From a bacterium (GTDB taxonomy: Bacteria; SM23-31): a stretch of 64,000 bases of DNA. The notes under the pieces were generated by a model. That model had not been told where the DNA came from. It made no database searches and saw only the letters and a list, made by a program, of their open reading frames with translations. The DNA is taken from positions 1,118,782 through 1,182,781 of the forward strand of contig OZ244870.1 in the NCBI GenBank assembly GCA_965221205.1, read 5' to 3'. Positions 10,454 to 20,299 of the stretch are shown here, one piece after another; within the stretch, counting starts at the first letter, position 1, and every line of letters begins with the position of its first letter. A program made the translations under genes and the position numbers.

Positions 10454-12055
10454 ATGCGAAATATTACATTGCTTTTTGTACCAGCATTATTGTCGATGTT
10501 AGTGCTTTTCCCGCATACAGTATTGAGCCAGAATCCTGCCCCGGATAGAGGACAGGATGAGGGCATTGGTCCATTTGAAACGCTCGTTGTCCGCGGTGCA
10601 ATACTTATAGATGGAACCGGTGCACCACCGAGAGGTCCGGTAGATATTGTGATCAAACGCAACCGGATCGAAAGCATCTTAAGTGCCGGTACGCCCGGTA
10701 TCCCTTTGGAAGATGGACGTGAACCACTTAATGCTGATTATGAACTCGATGCGGAAGGTATGTATATAATGCCGGGCTTTGTTAATCTGCATACTCATGC
10801 AGGAGGTCGGAAGGCGCCTGAAACCGAGTATGTCTATAAACTCTGGCTTGCGCACGGTATTACAACAGTGAGGGGGGTGGCTCTCGGAGGTATGGAATGG
10901 ACGTTGAACGAGCGGGAACGGAGTGCCCGAAACGAGATTTCTGCGCCGAGAATCGTTGCGTACCAACGTCCCGGGTCAGGCAATGAATGGAGTGAACGAT
11001 CGATCCGGACTGGAGAAGATGCGCGTGAGTGGGTCCGTTACGCTGCCCGAAAAGGTATCGACGGTATGAAACTTGTTGCCTTCAGGCCGGAAATAATGGC
11101 CGCGCTCCTTGATGAAGCACAAAAATTAAAACTCGGCTCTACGGCCCATCTTGCTCAGACCGGTGTGGCACAGATGAATGCTCTCGATGCTGCGCGGCTC
11201 GGTCTCGGTTCGTTAACGCATTTCTATGGACTCTTCGAAACGTTGTACAAAGACCATGACGTACAGCCCTGGCCGGCAGATATGAATTATAGTAACGAAC
11301 AGTTCCGCTTCGCACAAGTTGCACGGCAGTGGGACCTTATTCATCCTCAGGGAAGCAAAGAGTGGGACGCTTTACTGCAGGAATTTCTTGATCTTGATTT
11401 TATTCTCGATCCGACAATGACCGCCTATCTGGCGAACAGAGATCTCATGCGCGCCCGAAATGCCGATTGGCATAAGAGCTATACGCTGCCGTCTCTTTGG
11501 GAATTCTACGAACCGAACCGTACAGACCACGGGTCATACTGGTACTACTGGACAACTTCGGATGAGATCGCATGGAAGAGCTTCTTTCGTATTTGGATGT
11601 CATTCTTGGATGATTATAAAGACATGGGAGGCCGCGTAACAGTCAGCGAGGATGCGGCCTATCTCTACAGCCAATGGGGATTTGCGACAATAGAAGAAAT
11701 GGAACTCCTGCAGGAAGCGGGTTTTCATCCTTTAGAAGTGATCCGGAGTGCAACAATGTATGGAGCGGAAGCAATATTTGAACCGAAAGGCAGGCCGATC
11801 GAATATGGAGTAGTCCGTGAAGGTCTTCTGGCGGATCTGGTTGTAATCGATGAAAATCCTCTCGCAAACTTGAAAGTCCTGTATGGTACGGGTTGGCTGC
11901 GATTAAACGATGATACACGAAAAGTCGAAAGGGTTGGGGGAATTAATTATACGATAAAAGACGGTATCCTTTATGATGCAAAACAGCTGCTTGCGGATGT
12001 TGAAGAAATGGTCAAAAAAGCGAAAGAAGAAATGATCAACGGACAGGTTCCTTAA
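10454..12055 (+). CDS. Secreted metal-dependent amidohydrolase-family protein (possible dipeptidase or amide hydrolase)
   Basis: 533 aa with an N-terminal signal peptide (LLFVPALLSMLVLFPHTVLSQ). It has the amidohydrolase-superfamily HxH metal motif NLHTHAGG and a C-terminal DLVVIDENP-type motif. Confidence 0.65.
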   Translation: MRNITLLFVPALLSMLVLFPHTVLSQNPAPDRGQDEGIGPFETLVVRGAILIDGTGAPPRGPVDIVIKRNRIESILSAGTPGIPLEDGREPLNADYELDAEGMYIMPGFVNLHTHAGGRKAPETEYVYKLWLAHGITTVRGVALGGMEWTLNERERSARNEISAPRIVAYQRPGSGNEWSERSIRTGEDAREWVRYAARKGIDGMKLVAFRPEIMAALLDEAQKLKLGSTAHLAQTGVAQMNALDAARLGLGSLTHFYGLFETLYKDHDVQPWPADMNYSNEQFRFAQVARQWDLIHPQGSKEWDALLQEFLDLDFILDPTMTAYLANRDLMRARNADWHKSYTLPSLWEFYEPNRTDHGSYWYYWTTSDEIAWKSFFRIWMSFLDDYKDMGGRVTVSEDAAYLYSQWGFATIEEMELLQEAGFHPLEVIRSATMYGAEAIFEPKGRPIEYGVVREGLLADLVVIDENPLANLKVLYGTGWLRLNDDTRKVERVGGINYTIKDGILYDAKQLLADVEEMVKKAKEEMINGQVP

Positions 12056-12230
12056 CATACATTACTATAGGTGTATATATTTATTGTTGGTCTCGTGCGA
12101 TTAAAATATCTGTATAATCTTTTACAATCACGCTATTTTATTTATTAAGTGTGCAATAATATTTATATTATTTGTAAATTTTAGTCGTGCTTAGACACTT
12201 TTTTGAAACCATAGCATAATTTTTTTCAAT

Positions 12231-13517
12231 ATGAAAACTTCTCATAAAATAATTAATGGTGATTGTCGACAGATGAATTGTTTGTCCAACAAATCTGTTC
12301 ATTTAGTCATTACATCGCCACCTTATTGGCATTTAAAAGATTATGGCATAGAAAATCAAATTGGATTTCATGATAGTTATGAAAACTATATAAACAACTT
12401 AAATTTGGTTTGGAAAGAGTGCCACAGAGTTTTATATCCTGGTTGTCGACTTTGTGTAAATATTGGAGACCAATTTGCTCGTTCTGTATATTACGGTCGT
12501 TATAAAATCATCCCGATTAGAACAGAAATAATAAAATTTTGTGAAACAATAGGTTTCGATTACATGGGGGCTATTATTTGGCAGAAGGTGACCACAACCA
12601 ATACGACTGGCGGAGCGACTATAATGGGAAGTTATCCTTATCCTCGAAATGGAATATTAAAACTTGATTACGAGTTTATTCTTTTATTTAAAAAGCACGG
12701 CAAAGCACCGAAACCATTTGCTGAGCAAAAGAAATTATCTGAATTGAGCAAGGAAGAATGGAATACATATTTTTCAGGGCATTGGAATTTTTCAGGAGCA
12801 AAACAAAACAATCATCTTGCTATGTTTCCTGAAGAATTACCTGCTAGATTAATAAAAATGTTTGCTTTTATTGATGAAACAGTTTTAGATCCTTTCTTGG
12901 GGAGTGGAACAACTTCTCTTGCAGCGAAAAATTTAGGACGCAATTCAATCGGTTATGAAATCAATCAAGAATATATTCCTAAAATCAAAGAAAAACTCAA
13001 CATGTTACAATTTGATATCGAAAAAACTGAATATATTTTCTTAAATGATAGTATAAAATCTGACTTGAATAAGGATATTAATGAACTTCCGTATATATTT
13101 AAAGACCCACTTAAATTAGATAAAATTATTAATCCTAAAAAATCACAATTTGGTTCAAAAATTGATATAAACAGGAAAGAACGAGAAGAGTATTATTCAG
13201 TGAAAGAAATCATTAGTCCTGAGTTAATAAAACTTAATAATGATTTGACTATTCGTTTGCTTGGTGTAAAAAATAAAGAAAGTAAAAATGTGGAGGCTAT
13301 TCAGTTTCTTTCTGATAAGACTAAAGGGGAAAAGGTATTTTTAAAATACGATGATATAAAGTATGATAAAAATAGCAATTTGCTTTGTTATTTATATTTG
13401 AAAAATAAGACATTCATTAATTCTCATTTAATAAAAGAAGGACTGGCAGAAGTTAATCAATCTGTAGATTTTAAATACAAAGACAAATTTCAAAAGTTGG
13501 CGATAAATAATGGCTAA
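12231..13517 (+). CDS. Beta-class (motif IV before motif I) N6-adenine/N4-cytosine DNA methyltransferase fused to a C-terminal degenerate thermonuclease (SNase-like) domain
   Basis: Motif IV is ITSPPYW near the N-terminus and motif I is LDPFLGSGTTSLAAKNLGRNSIGYE downstream. C-terminal residues ~300-428 resemble the staphylococcal-nuclease fold (IRLLGVKNKE ... LCYLYLKNKTFINSHLIKEGLAEV). The gene lies in a roughly 2 kb AT-rich island. Confidence 0.75.
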   Translation: MKTSHKIINGDCRQMNCLSNKSVHLVITSPPYWHLKDYGIENQIGFHDSYENYINNLNLVWKECHRVLYPGCRLCVNIGDQFARSVYYGRYKIIPIRTEIIKFCETIGFDYMGAIIWQKVTTTNTTGGATIMGSYPYPRNGILKLDYEFILLFKKHGKAPKPFAEQKKLSELSKEEWNTYFSGHWNFSGAKQNNHLAMFPEELPARLIKMFAFIDETVLDPFLGSGTTSLAAKNLGRNSIGYEINQEYIPKIKEKLNMLQFDIEKTEYIFLNDSIKSDLNKDINELPYIFKDPLKLDKIINPKKSQFGSKIDINRKEREEYYSVKEIISPELIKLNNDLTIRLLGVKNKESKNVEAIQFLSDKTKGEKVFLKYDDIKYDKNSNLLCYLYLKNKTFINSHLIKEGLAEVNQSVDFKYKDKFQKLAINNG

Positions 13518-13550
13518 ATAATGGCTAAATAATGGATATTGAATAGCTCA

Positions 13551-14162
13551 ATGAACCGATTCCAATTGAATTTCAAACGGAATGTTGGTCCAACTTCTGA
13601 AAATATACGAATGTGTGCTCCAGCGACTATTGAAGAATGGCGAGAATATTATTTTGAAAACGTTAGACCTAAAGAGCATATTGAAGATCTTGGCAGGAAA
13701 TTATATATTAAGATTACAGAAGTTATTTCAGCTGAAGTAGAAAAAATTACCGAACAGGATTGCATAAATTATATGATGCAATTAGTTATTGACCGGACAT
13801 TCGATGGTTATATGACAGAAATTAAAACAATTTATGGCCAGCTTCAAAAACTACTTGGTATAAAAATCGAACCTGCGCCTGACGAGTGGGATAGACTGTA
13901 CAACGTAGACTTCTGTATTAAAATTAATGAAAAGTTTGTCGGAATACAAATAAAACCAGTAAATCAAGGTATTCAGCTACCTCAGATATTTAAAGAAAAG
14001 GAGATTCAACGTAAATCTCATGAAAAGTTTAAAGATCGATTTGGCGGCAAGGTATTTTATGTCTTTTCTTCTAAAAAAGAAGACAAAAAAGAAATTATTA
14101 ATAAAGAAGTGGTTAGTGAGATATTACAAGAGATTGATCGATTAATATTAGATAACGATTAA
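13551..14162 (+). CDS. Candidate restriction endonuclease or other nuclease partner of the methyltransferase (unknown family)
   Basis: About 200 aa, starting 20-35 bp after the MTase stop on the same strand, with the same AT-rich composition. It has a possible PD-(D/E)xK-like arrangement VDFCIKINEKFVGIQIK. The assignment rests on gene context only. Confidence 0.35.
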   Translation: MNRFQLNFKRNVGPTSENIRMCAPATIEEWREYYFENVRPKEHIEDLGRKLYIKITEVISAEVEKITEQDCINYMMQLVIDRTFDGYMTEIKTIYGQLQKLLGIKIEPAPDEWDRLYNVDFCIKINEKFVGIQIKPVNQGIQLPQIFKEKEIQRKSHEKFKDRFGGKVFYVFSSKKEDKKEIINKEVVSEILQEIDRLILDND

Positions 14163-14283
14163 TTCCCTCTTGTTTAACCAAGTATACAATCACGTAACCT
14201 TTAGTTACGATAGCGATACGTTAAAAATAACGTGAGAATCAAATCAAGAAAGTACTAAAAATTTCCATAAACCATGAGGATAT

Positions 14284-15654
14284 ATGACGACACAGAATAA
14301 CCGCGGCGGTTGGAGTTCCAGTTTGGGATTTATCCTGGCATCGGCAGGTTCGGCAATTGGTCTTGGCAATATTTGGCGTTTCCCCTATATGGTTGGTCAG
14401 AATGGCGGCGCAGCATTTGTCGTAGTGTATCTCATCTGTATTTTCCTCATCGGCTTTCCTATTATGGTGGCAGAATTGACTCTCGGTAGGTCGGCACAAA
14501 AAAATCCGGTTGGTGTATTTAAAGAGCGGGCTGTTGGGACACCGTGGGAGTTTCTCGGTTACATCATGGTTGTGATCGTAATGGTTATTTTTTCGTGGTA
14601 CAGTGTAGTTGCGGGATGGATTATCGGCTATTTTTATAAAACTGTAGTCGGAACGTTTAGTAACCTCTCAGGCCCCGGTGAAACGCAGGATATTTTTACT
14701 CAATTTGTAGGAAATCCGGTACCGGTCATGCTGCTGACACTTCTCTTCATTGTAATGACCGGATACGTTGTACTCGGAGGAGTCAGAAGTGGCATCGAAC
14801 GGTTGTCCCGTATCTTGATGCCGGTATTGCTGGTCATATTAATCCTTCTTGCAATCCGGTCGATAACACTTCCAGGTGCATCCGAAGGAATTGCTTACTA
14901 TTTGAAACCCGATTTTTCAAAACTGAACAGCAGTGTCATTGCGGCAGCTATGGGGCAGGCATTTTTATCGCTGAGTATTGGCGCTGGTTCCGTAATGACC
15001 TATGGCAGCTACCTTTCCAAACGTGATAATATTCCGATTTCATCATCCTGGGTCTGCTTTCTCAACACCAGCGTCTCTCTGCTGGCGGGATTTATTATAC
15101 TACCGGCAGTTGCCGCACTGGGACAGGAGTACACCGCTGGTCCCGGATTAATCTTCCAGGTTCTCCCTTCTATTTTTGGTGTTATGCCGCTCGGACAACT
15201 TTTCGGAATCGGACTCTTTCTGCTCCTTATTATTGCGGCACTCACCTCAACAGTATCCATGCTCGAAGTACCCGTGGCTTATTTTGTTGATGAACGCAAG
15301 TGGACCAGAAAAAAAGCTGTTATATCCATGGTTGTACTTTCGTTTGTGATGAGTACACCCGCAGCACTATCTGCCGGTGCAAGTGATTTTTTCTCAAAAC
15401 TGCCCGGTATCGGCATGGATTATCTCTCCTTTGCCAGCGCAATTTCCGGTGATATTTTTATGGTCGTGAGTGCATTTCTGATGACTTTGTTTATCGGATA
15501 TAAATGGACCATCAAAAATGCAATTGGAGAGGTGACGCTGAACAATATCAACTTTCCTTTGAGTCAGATATGGGGATTTTTATTGCGCTTTGTAATTCCG
15601 GTTTTTGTACTAATCATCTTATGGTTTTCAATAAAAAACAATTTCTTTGCATAA
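14284..15654 (+). CDS. Neurotransmitter:sodium symporter (NSS/SNF) family transporter, likely an amino-acid transporter
   Basis: 456 aa polytopic membrane protein with the NSS signature GLGNIWRFPY near the N-terminus. Confidence 0.85.
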   Translation: MTTQNNRGGWSSSLGFILASAGSAIGLGNIWRFPYMVGQNGGAAFVVVYLICIFLIGFPIMVAELTLGRSAQKNPVGVFKERAVGTPWEFLGYIMVVIVMVIFSWYSVVAGWIIGYFYKTVVGTFSNLSGPGETQDIFTQFVGNPVPVMLLTLLFIVMTGYVVLGGVRSGIERLSRILMPVLLVILILLAIRSITLPGASEGIAYYLKPDFSKLNSSVIAAAMGQAFLSLSIGAGSVMTYGSYLSKRDNIPISSSWVCFLNTSVSLLAGFIILPAVAALGQEYTAGPGLIFQVLPSIFGVMPLGQLFGIGLFLLLIIAALTSTVSMLEVPVAYFVDERKWTRKKAVISMVVLSFVMSTPAALSAGASDFFSKLPGIGMDYLSFASAISGDIFMVVSAFLMTLFIGYKWTIKNAIGEVTLNNINFPLSQIWGFLLRFVIPVFVLIILWFSIKNNFFA

Positions 15655-15914
15655 GCTTTAATTATAAGATTAAATTCGAATATATGTATTTACTGTGATG
15701 AACAGTATCGAAAATCTTTCTGTATTGAGAGGAGTGAGCAGTTCAATTCGGTTGTATATAGTGTGCTTATCGAGCTTTGCAGTTTTATCTTTATTTTCAT
15801 GCAGCGAAAATTCTCCATTTGATTTTCTGACGTGGCAGGACATCGCTGCTTTGCCTGTATGCCGACTACCGAATTCAGTATGGTGACGGTGAATTACAGT
15901 TTGGAAATCTGCGT

Positions 15915-16547
15915 TTGCCGGAAACTTCCGGATTACATCCTCTTGTGGTTGTCATTCATGGTGGGTGCTGGCTCAACACGTTCGACCTTGAGCATGCCGG
16001 AAATCTCTGTGCGGTATTTTCCGAAGCAGGAATCGCGACTTGGAGTCCAGAATATCGGCGTGTTGGCGACATCGGTGGAGGATGGCCGGGGACCTTTGAA
16101 GATGTAGCTCAAGGTTTAGACTATGTTCGGGAATTAGCAGAGATTTATCCGATCGATGTAAACCGGGTGATTACAGTCGGGCACTCTGCTGGCGGACATC
16201 TAGCACTCTGGTTGGCTGCACGAGCAAATTTGTCTCAGGATAGTCCTCTCTATACACCGGAACCATACCGGATACAAGGAGTCGTTTCACTTGCAGGCAT
16301 TACAGATATAAAAACATACAGTGCCGGTCCGAACGACTGCAATCAAGCGGCTCTCCATCTGCTTGGTGGAACAGTTGCAGATGTAAAAGACCGATATGAC
16401 CAGACAAATCCTCTTGATCTGCTTCCTTTCGGCATTACACAGCGATTGATTCACGGTTATCATGATGAAATAGTTTCTCCGGATCAAGCTCGAATGTATG
16501 TTGAGCGTGCTCAAAATGTCGGAGATGACGCTGAGAAATTATTATGA
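15915..16547 (+). CDS. Alpha/beta-hydrolase esterase/lipase (HGG oxyanion motif plus GHSAGG nucleophile elbow); the 5' region is apparently frameshifted away from a lipoprotein-type signal peptide in the 15695 frame
   Basis: Motifs VVIHGGCW and GHSAGGHLALW. Upstream ORF 15695-15886 encodes a signal/lipobox-like peptide (LSLFSCSENS). The hydrolase frame continues upstream as YADYRIQYGDGELQFGNLRLPE only after a frame change near 15840-15860. Confidence 0.65.
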   Translation: MPETSGLHPLVVVIHGGCWLNTFDLEHAGNLCAVFSEAGIATWSPEYRRVGDIGGGWPGTFEDVAQGLDYVRELAEIYPIDVNRVITVGHSAGGHLALWLAARANLSQDSPLYTPEPYRIQGVVSLAGITDIKTYSAGPNDCNQAALHLLGGTVADVKDRYDQTNPLDLLPFGITQRLIHGYHDEIVSPDQARMYVERAQNVGDDAEKLL

Positions 16548-16716
16548 TTGAAAATGCGGCTCATTTTGAATTCATTGCTCCTCACACTTCGGCGTTTTCA
16601 GTAGTAAAGCAAGTTGTGTTGGAATTGCTGAATATGGATTAGTAACCATTTCTTTTCATAAACGCTTGATTCAATACTGCAATTATCCCACTTTATATAA
16701 GGTATAAACGTAACGG

Positions 16717-17667
16717 ATGTCTCATACTACCCGGAATAGAATGGTCCTCCATAAAGAAACACCTCTCATTGAATCCCTACAGCTTCGGAAACGTACCGGA
16801 AAAAAAGTGTTCTTAAAAATGGAAAATCAGCAGCCGACCGGGTCGTTCAAAATCCGTGGTATAGGCCACTATTGCTCAGAGCTTGCACCATCAGGCGTGT
16901 CCCGGTTTATCTCCTCATCGGGCGGAAATGCCGGGTATGCTGTTGCTTATGCGGGAAATACATTGATGATAAACGTTACGGTAGCAGTACCCGAAACCAC
17001 ACCGCAATTCGTACAGGACCGGATTCGTGAATGTGGCGCAGATGTTGAAATACATGGTTCGATCTGGGATGAAACAGACGAGTATGCAAAAAAATTGGCT
17101 CACAATCTTGATGGCGCGTATATTTCTCCATTTGACCATCCTTCGATCTGGAACGGGCATGCTTCAATTATCGATGAGTTGGTACATCAAGCCGATAAAC
17201 CAGATGTTGTGGTTCTCTCTGTCGGTGGGGGTGGTTTACTCTGCGGTGCGATTGAAGGTTTACAGCGGAATGACTGGAGCGATGTCCAGGTCATCGCTGT
17301 CGAAACTGAAGGCGCTGCTTCGTTTGCCGCATCGGTATCGGCCGGTACGCTTGTGACACTCGACCGAATTGATTCTATTGCTTCAAGTCTTGGAGCCAAA
17401 CAGGTGACGTACAAATCACTAGATTTCTACAATACACTCGACATTACACCCCATATTGTCTCCGACCGAGATACAGTCGAAGCCTGTCTTGCATTTCTGA
17501 ATGATCACAATGTCCTGGTTGAGCCGGCTTGTGGCGCCGCATTGTCAGTTGTGTATTCAAATTCAAACGTGATCCGAGATGCACAGACGGTCATGATCAT
17601 TGTCTGCGGCGGTATCGGTGTTACTCCGGAGAAACTCAGGGAGTGGGATGAATCACTCCCTTTATAA
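16717..17667 (+). CDS. PLP-dependent L-serine/L-threonine dehydratase (SDH-like, fold-type II)
   Basis: 316 aa with PLP lysine motif SFKIRGIGH and glycine loop SVGGGGLLCGA. Confidence 0.8.
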   Translation: MSHTTRNRMVLHKETPLIESLQLRKRTGKKVFLKMENQQPTGSFKIRGIGHYCSELAPSGVSRFISSSGGNAGYAVAYAGNTLMINVTVAVPETTPQFVQDRIRECGADVEIHGSIWDETDEYAKKLAHNLDGAYISPFDHPSIWNGHASIIDELVHQADKPDVVVLSVGGGGLLCGAIEGLQRNDWSDVQVIAVETEGAASFAASVSAGTLVTLDRIDSIASSLGAKQVTYKSLDFYNTLDITPHIVSDRDTVEACLAFLNDHNVLVEPACGAALSVVYSNSNVIRDAQTVMIIVCGGIGVTPEKLREWDESLPL

Positions 17668-17672
17668 GAATA

Positions 17673-18872
17673 TCAGTCTTCCATCCGTTTTATTGATACT
17701 ACTTTCGGGAATATTGATCTTGTAATCCCCACCATCGGCACGGTAGTCAGCCAGACACGCTCTCCTTCAATAATTTTCATATCGATCTCATCAACCGATT
17801 GTACATCTTTCATTTCAGGTTTTATCTCGGTAATAATGCCGAAGAGTTCGGATTCCGGTGTAAAAACAGTACTGGTCATAAAACAGAGCGATTTTCCGGC
17901 ATGTTCATTCTCATCAGAAATGGTAAAAGCAATTTTAATTGCTTCACCGCCCGGTGCCTGAGACTCTGTAATAAATCGAACTGTTGCAGGATATCGGCCT
18001 TCCGGAGGGAAATAATTTTCTTCCTGCACTTTTACTTCTAATTGTATTTCCTCAATCAGAAATGTCTTTGCCCGATAGTTTCCGTCAGGAAGCACGGTCG
18101 GAATTGAGTACTGCGGATCGGTCAACAAGGCATACACAGTCGGATCGCCATCTCTCACTTTTTCTTTCGAGTTCAGCGGCCATTCGCTGCTGATTTGCTC
18201 AGCCCGTCCTGGGAGATTTTGTGCACTCAAAATCGATGTAATCGTCCAGTACATGTACTCGTCGATCTGACAGCCGTACCGGCATGATTCATCGTAGTAG
18301 TTATACCAGGAGCCATCGGGATACTGCTCGGGGGCATCCTTGAAATGTCCGCCTCTCGCTAAGTCCGCCGCCGCCGCCACTTTTGAGCCAGGTACGGGTG
18401 CAAATACCGATGGATATGCATTGCCCCATCCGTGACGCGTCAAGAGGTGGAGAGTCTCTTCCCATAAACCGTCGAACGTGTTGTTTTCGATAGCATTCGG
18501 ACGTGATTCATCAGCGAAATTATCGTGATAGACACCGTCGGGAAACGCGTAATGCAAGTCCTCATGGATCGCTTCCCATTCGTCTCCGGAATCCTTCGTC
18601 ATGACAAGTATAGCTTTTTTCTCGACCAGCGCATTCACAACACGCTGATCGTCAGGTATTCCGTCTTCATCATTGTCAAGATATTCTGCCAGAACATTCG
18701 CTGCATGCAGTAATTTTTCGTTGGGAGAGGTCGGAGTAGCATAGAGATGAATGCCAAATACATCCACCTGCTTCGTAAACACCGGGACTTCCAGTTGTTC
18801 TGTGCTAACTGTTGAGCAGCTAATCACCGCTAAATATGATAATCCTAACAGTGTGATCAATAATCTCTTCAT
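17673..18872 (-). CDS. Secreted lipoprotein of unknown function, tandem paralog 1, containing an HEDLH (HExxH-like) motif
   Basis: 399 aa. Signal peptide with lipobox-like LAVISCST. About 88% identical to the ORF at 19100-20299. Confidence 0.7.
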   Translation of the reverse strand: MKRLLITLLGLSYLAVISCSTVSTEQLEVPVFTKQVDVFGIHLYATPTSPNEKLLHAANVLAEYLDNDEDGIPDDQRVVNALVEKKAILVMTKDSGDEWEAIHEDLHYAFPDGVYHDNFADESRPNAIENNTFDGLWEETLHLLTRHGWGNAYPSVFAPVPGSKVAAAADLARGGHFKDAPEQYPDGSWYNYYDESCRYGCQIDEYMYWTITSILSAQNLPGRAEQISSEWPLNSKEKVRDGDPTVYALLTDPQYSIPTVLPDGNYRAKTFLIEEIQLEVKVQEENYFPPEGRYPATVRFITESQAPGGEAIKIAFTISDENEHAGKSLCFMTSTVFTPESELFGIITEIKPEMKDVQSVDEIDMKIIEGERVWLTTVPMVGITRSIFPKVVSIKRMED

Positions 18873-19009
18873 CGAAACCTCCGTAACTCAGCAATACGTT
18901 TTATCATCAAAACGGTATTATTCACGTGTTATTCATAGCTATACAAAAATGATTTTTAATGCTAATCCGTGTACGAGAGTAAAACTTCATCGGTCATTGC
19001 TGTCGGAAA

Positions 19010-19095
19010 CATAAGGTGCTGCTTCGTTTGCGGCATCGGTATCGGTGTTACTCAGGAGAAACTCCGGGAGTGGGATGCATCACTCCCTTCATAAG
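19010..19095 (+). pseudogene. Remnant of the 3' end of the serine dehydratase gene, copied with the duplicated unit and carrying an internal deletion
   Basis: 19010-19040 matches 17305-17342 and 19041-19095 matches 17610-17667, so the segment between them is deleted in this copy. Confidence 0.7.
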
Positions 19096-19099
19096 AATA

Positions 19100-20299
19100 T
19101 TAGTCTTCCATCCGTACTATTGATACTACTTTCGGAAATACCGATCCTGTAATCCCCACCATCGGTTCGGTAGTCAGCCAGACACGCTCTCCTTCAATGA
19201 TAGTCATATCGATCTCGTCAACCGATTGCACATCTTTCATTTCAGGTATTATCTCGGTAATGATACTGAAGAGTTCGGATTCAAGTGTAAAAACAGTACT
19301 GGTCATAAAACAGAGCGATTTTCCTGCATGTTCATTTTCATCGGTAATGGTAAAAGCAATTTTAATCGCTTCACCGCCTGGTGCCTGAGACTCTGTAATA
19401 AATCGAACTGTTGCAGGATATCGGCCTTCCGGAGGAAAATAATTTTCTTCCTGCACTTTTACTTCTAATTGAATTTCCTCAATCAGAAATGTCTTTGCCC
19501 GATAGTTTCCGTCAGGAAGCACGGTCGGAATTGAGTACTGCGGATCGGTCAACAGGGTGTACACACTCGGATCGCCATCTCTCACCTTATCCTTTGTGTT
19601 CAGCGGCCATTCGGCGTTAATTCGCTCAGCCCGTCCAGGGAGATTTTGTGCACCCAAAATCGATGTAATCGTCCAGTACATATACTCGTCAATCTGACAG
19701 CCATACCGGCATGACGCATCGTAATAATTATACCATGAGCCATCAGGATACTGCTCAGGAGCATCTTTGAAGTGTCCGCCTCTCGCTAAGTCCACCGCCG
19801 CCGCCACTTTTGAGCCAGGTACGGGTGCAAATACCGTTGGATATGCATTGCCCCATCCATGACGCGTTAAAAGATGGAGGATTTCTTCCCATGAACCGTC
19901 GAACACGCCGTCTTCGATAGCATTCGGACTTGTTTGGTTAGCGTAGTTGTTGTGATAGACAGCGTCGGGAAATGCGTAATTTAAATCCTCATGGATCGCT
20001 TCCCATTCGTCGCCGGAATCCTTCGTCATGATGATAATAGCTTTTTTCTCGACCAGCGCATTCATAACATGCCGGTCATCGGGTACACCATCTTCATCAT
20101 TATCAAGATATTCTGCCAGAACATTTGCTGCGTGTAGCAATTTTTCGTCGGGAGAAGTCGGAGTAGCATAGAGATGAATGCCAAACACATCTACCAGTTT
20201 CGTTAACACCGGGACTTCCGGGTTTTCCGAGCTGACTGTGGTGCAGCTCATCAACACCAAACATGACAATCCTAACAGTGCGATCAATAATCTCTTCAT
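19100..20299 (-). CDS. Secreted lipoprotein of unknown function, tandem paralog 2, with HEDLN in place of HEDLH
   Basis: 399 aa. Lipobox-like LVLMSCTT. Flanking non-coding DNA is also duplicated. Confidence 0.7.
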   Translation of the reverse strand: MKRLLIALLGLSCLVLMSCTTVSSENPEVPVLTKLVDVFGIHLYATPTSPDEKLLHAANVLAEYLDNDEDGVPDDRHVMNALVEKKAIIIMTKDSGDEWEAIHEDLNYAFPDAVYHNNYANQTSPNAIEDGVFDGSWEEILHLLTRHGWGNAYPTVFAPVPGSKVAAAVDLARGGHFKDAPEQYPDGSWYNYYDASCRYGCQIDEYMYWTITSILGAQNLPGRAERINAEWPLNTKDKVRDGDPSVYTLLTDPQYSIPTVLPDGNYRAKTFLIEEIQLEVKVQEENYFPPEGRYPATVRFITESQAPGGEAIKIAFTITDENEHAGKSLCFMTSTVFTLESELFSIITEIIPEMKDVQSVDEIDMTIIEGERVWLTTEPMVGITGSVFPKVVSIVRMED

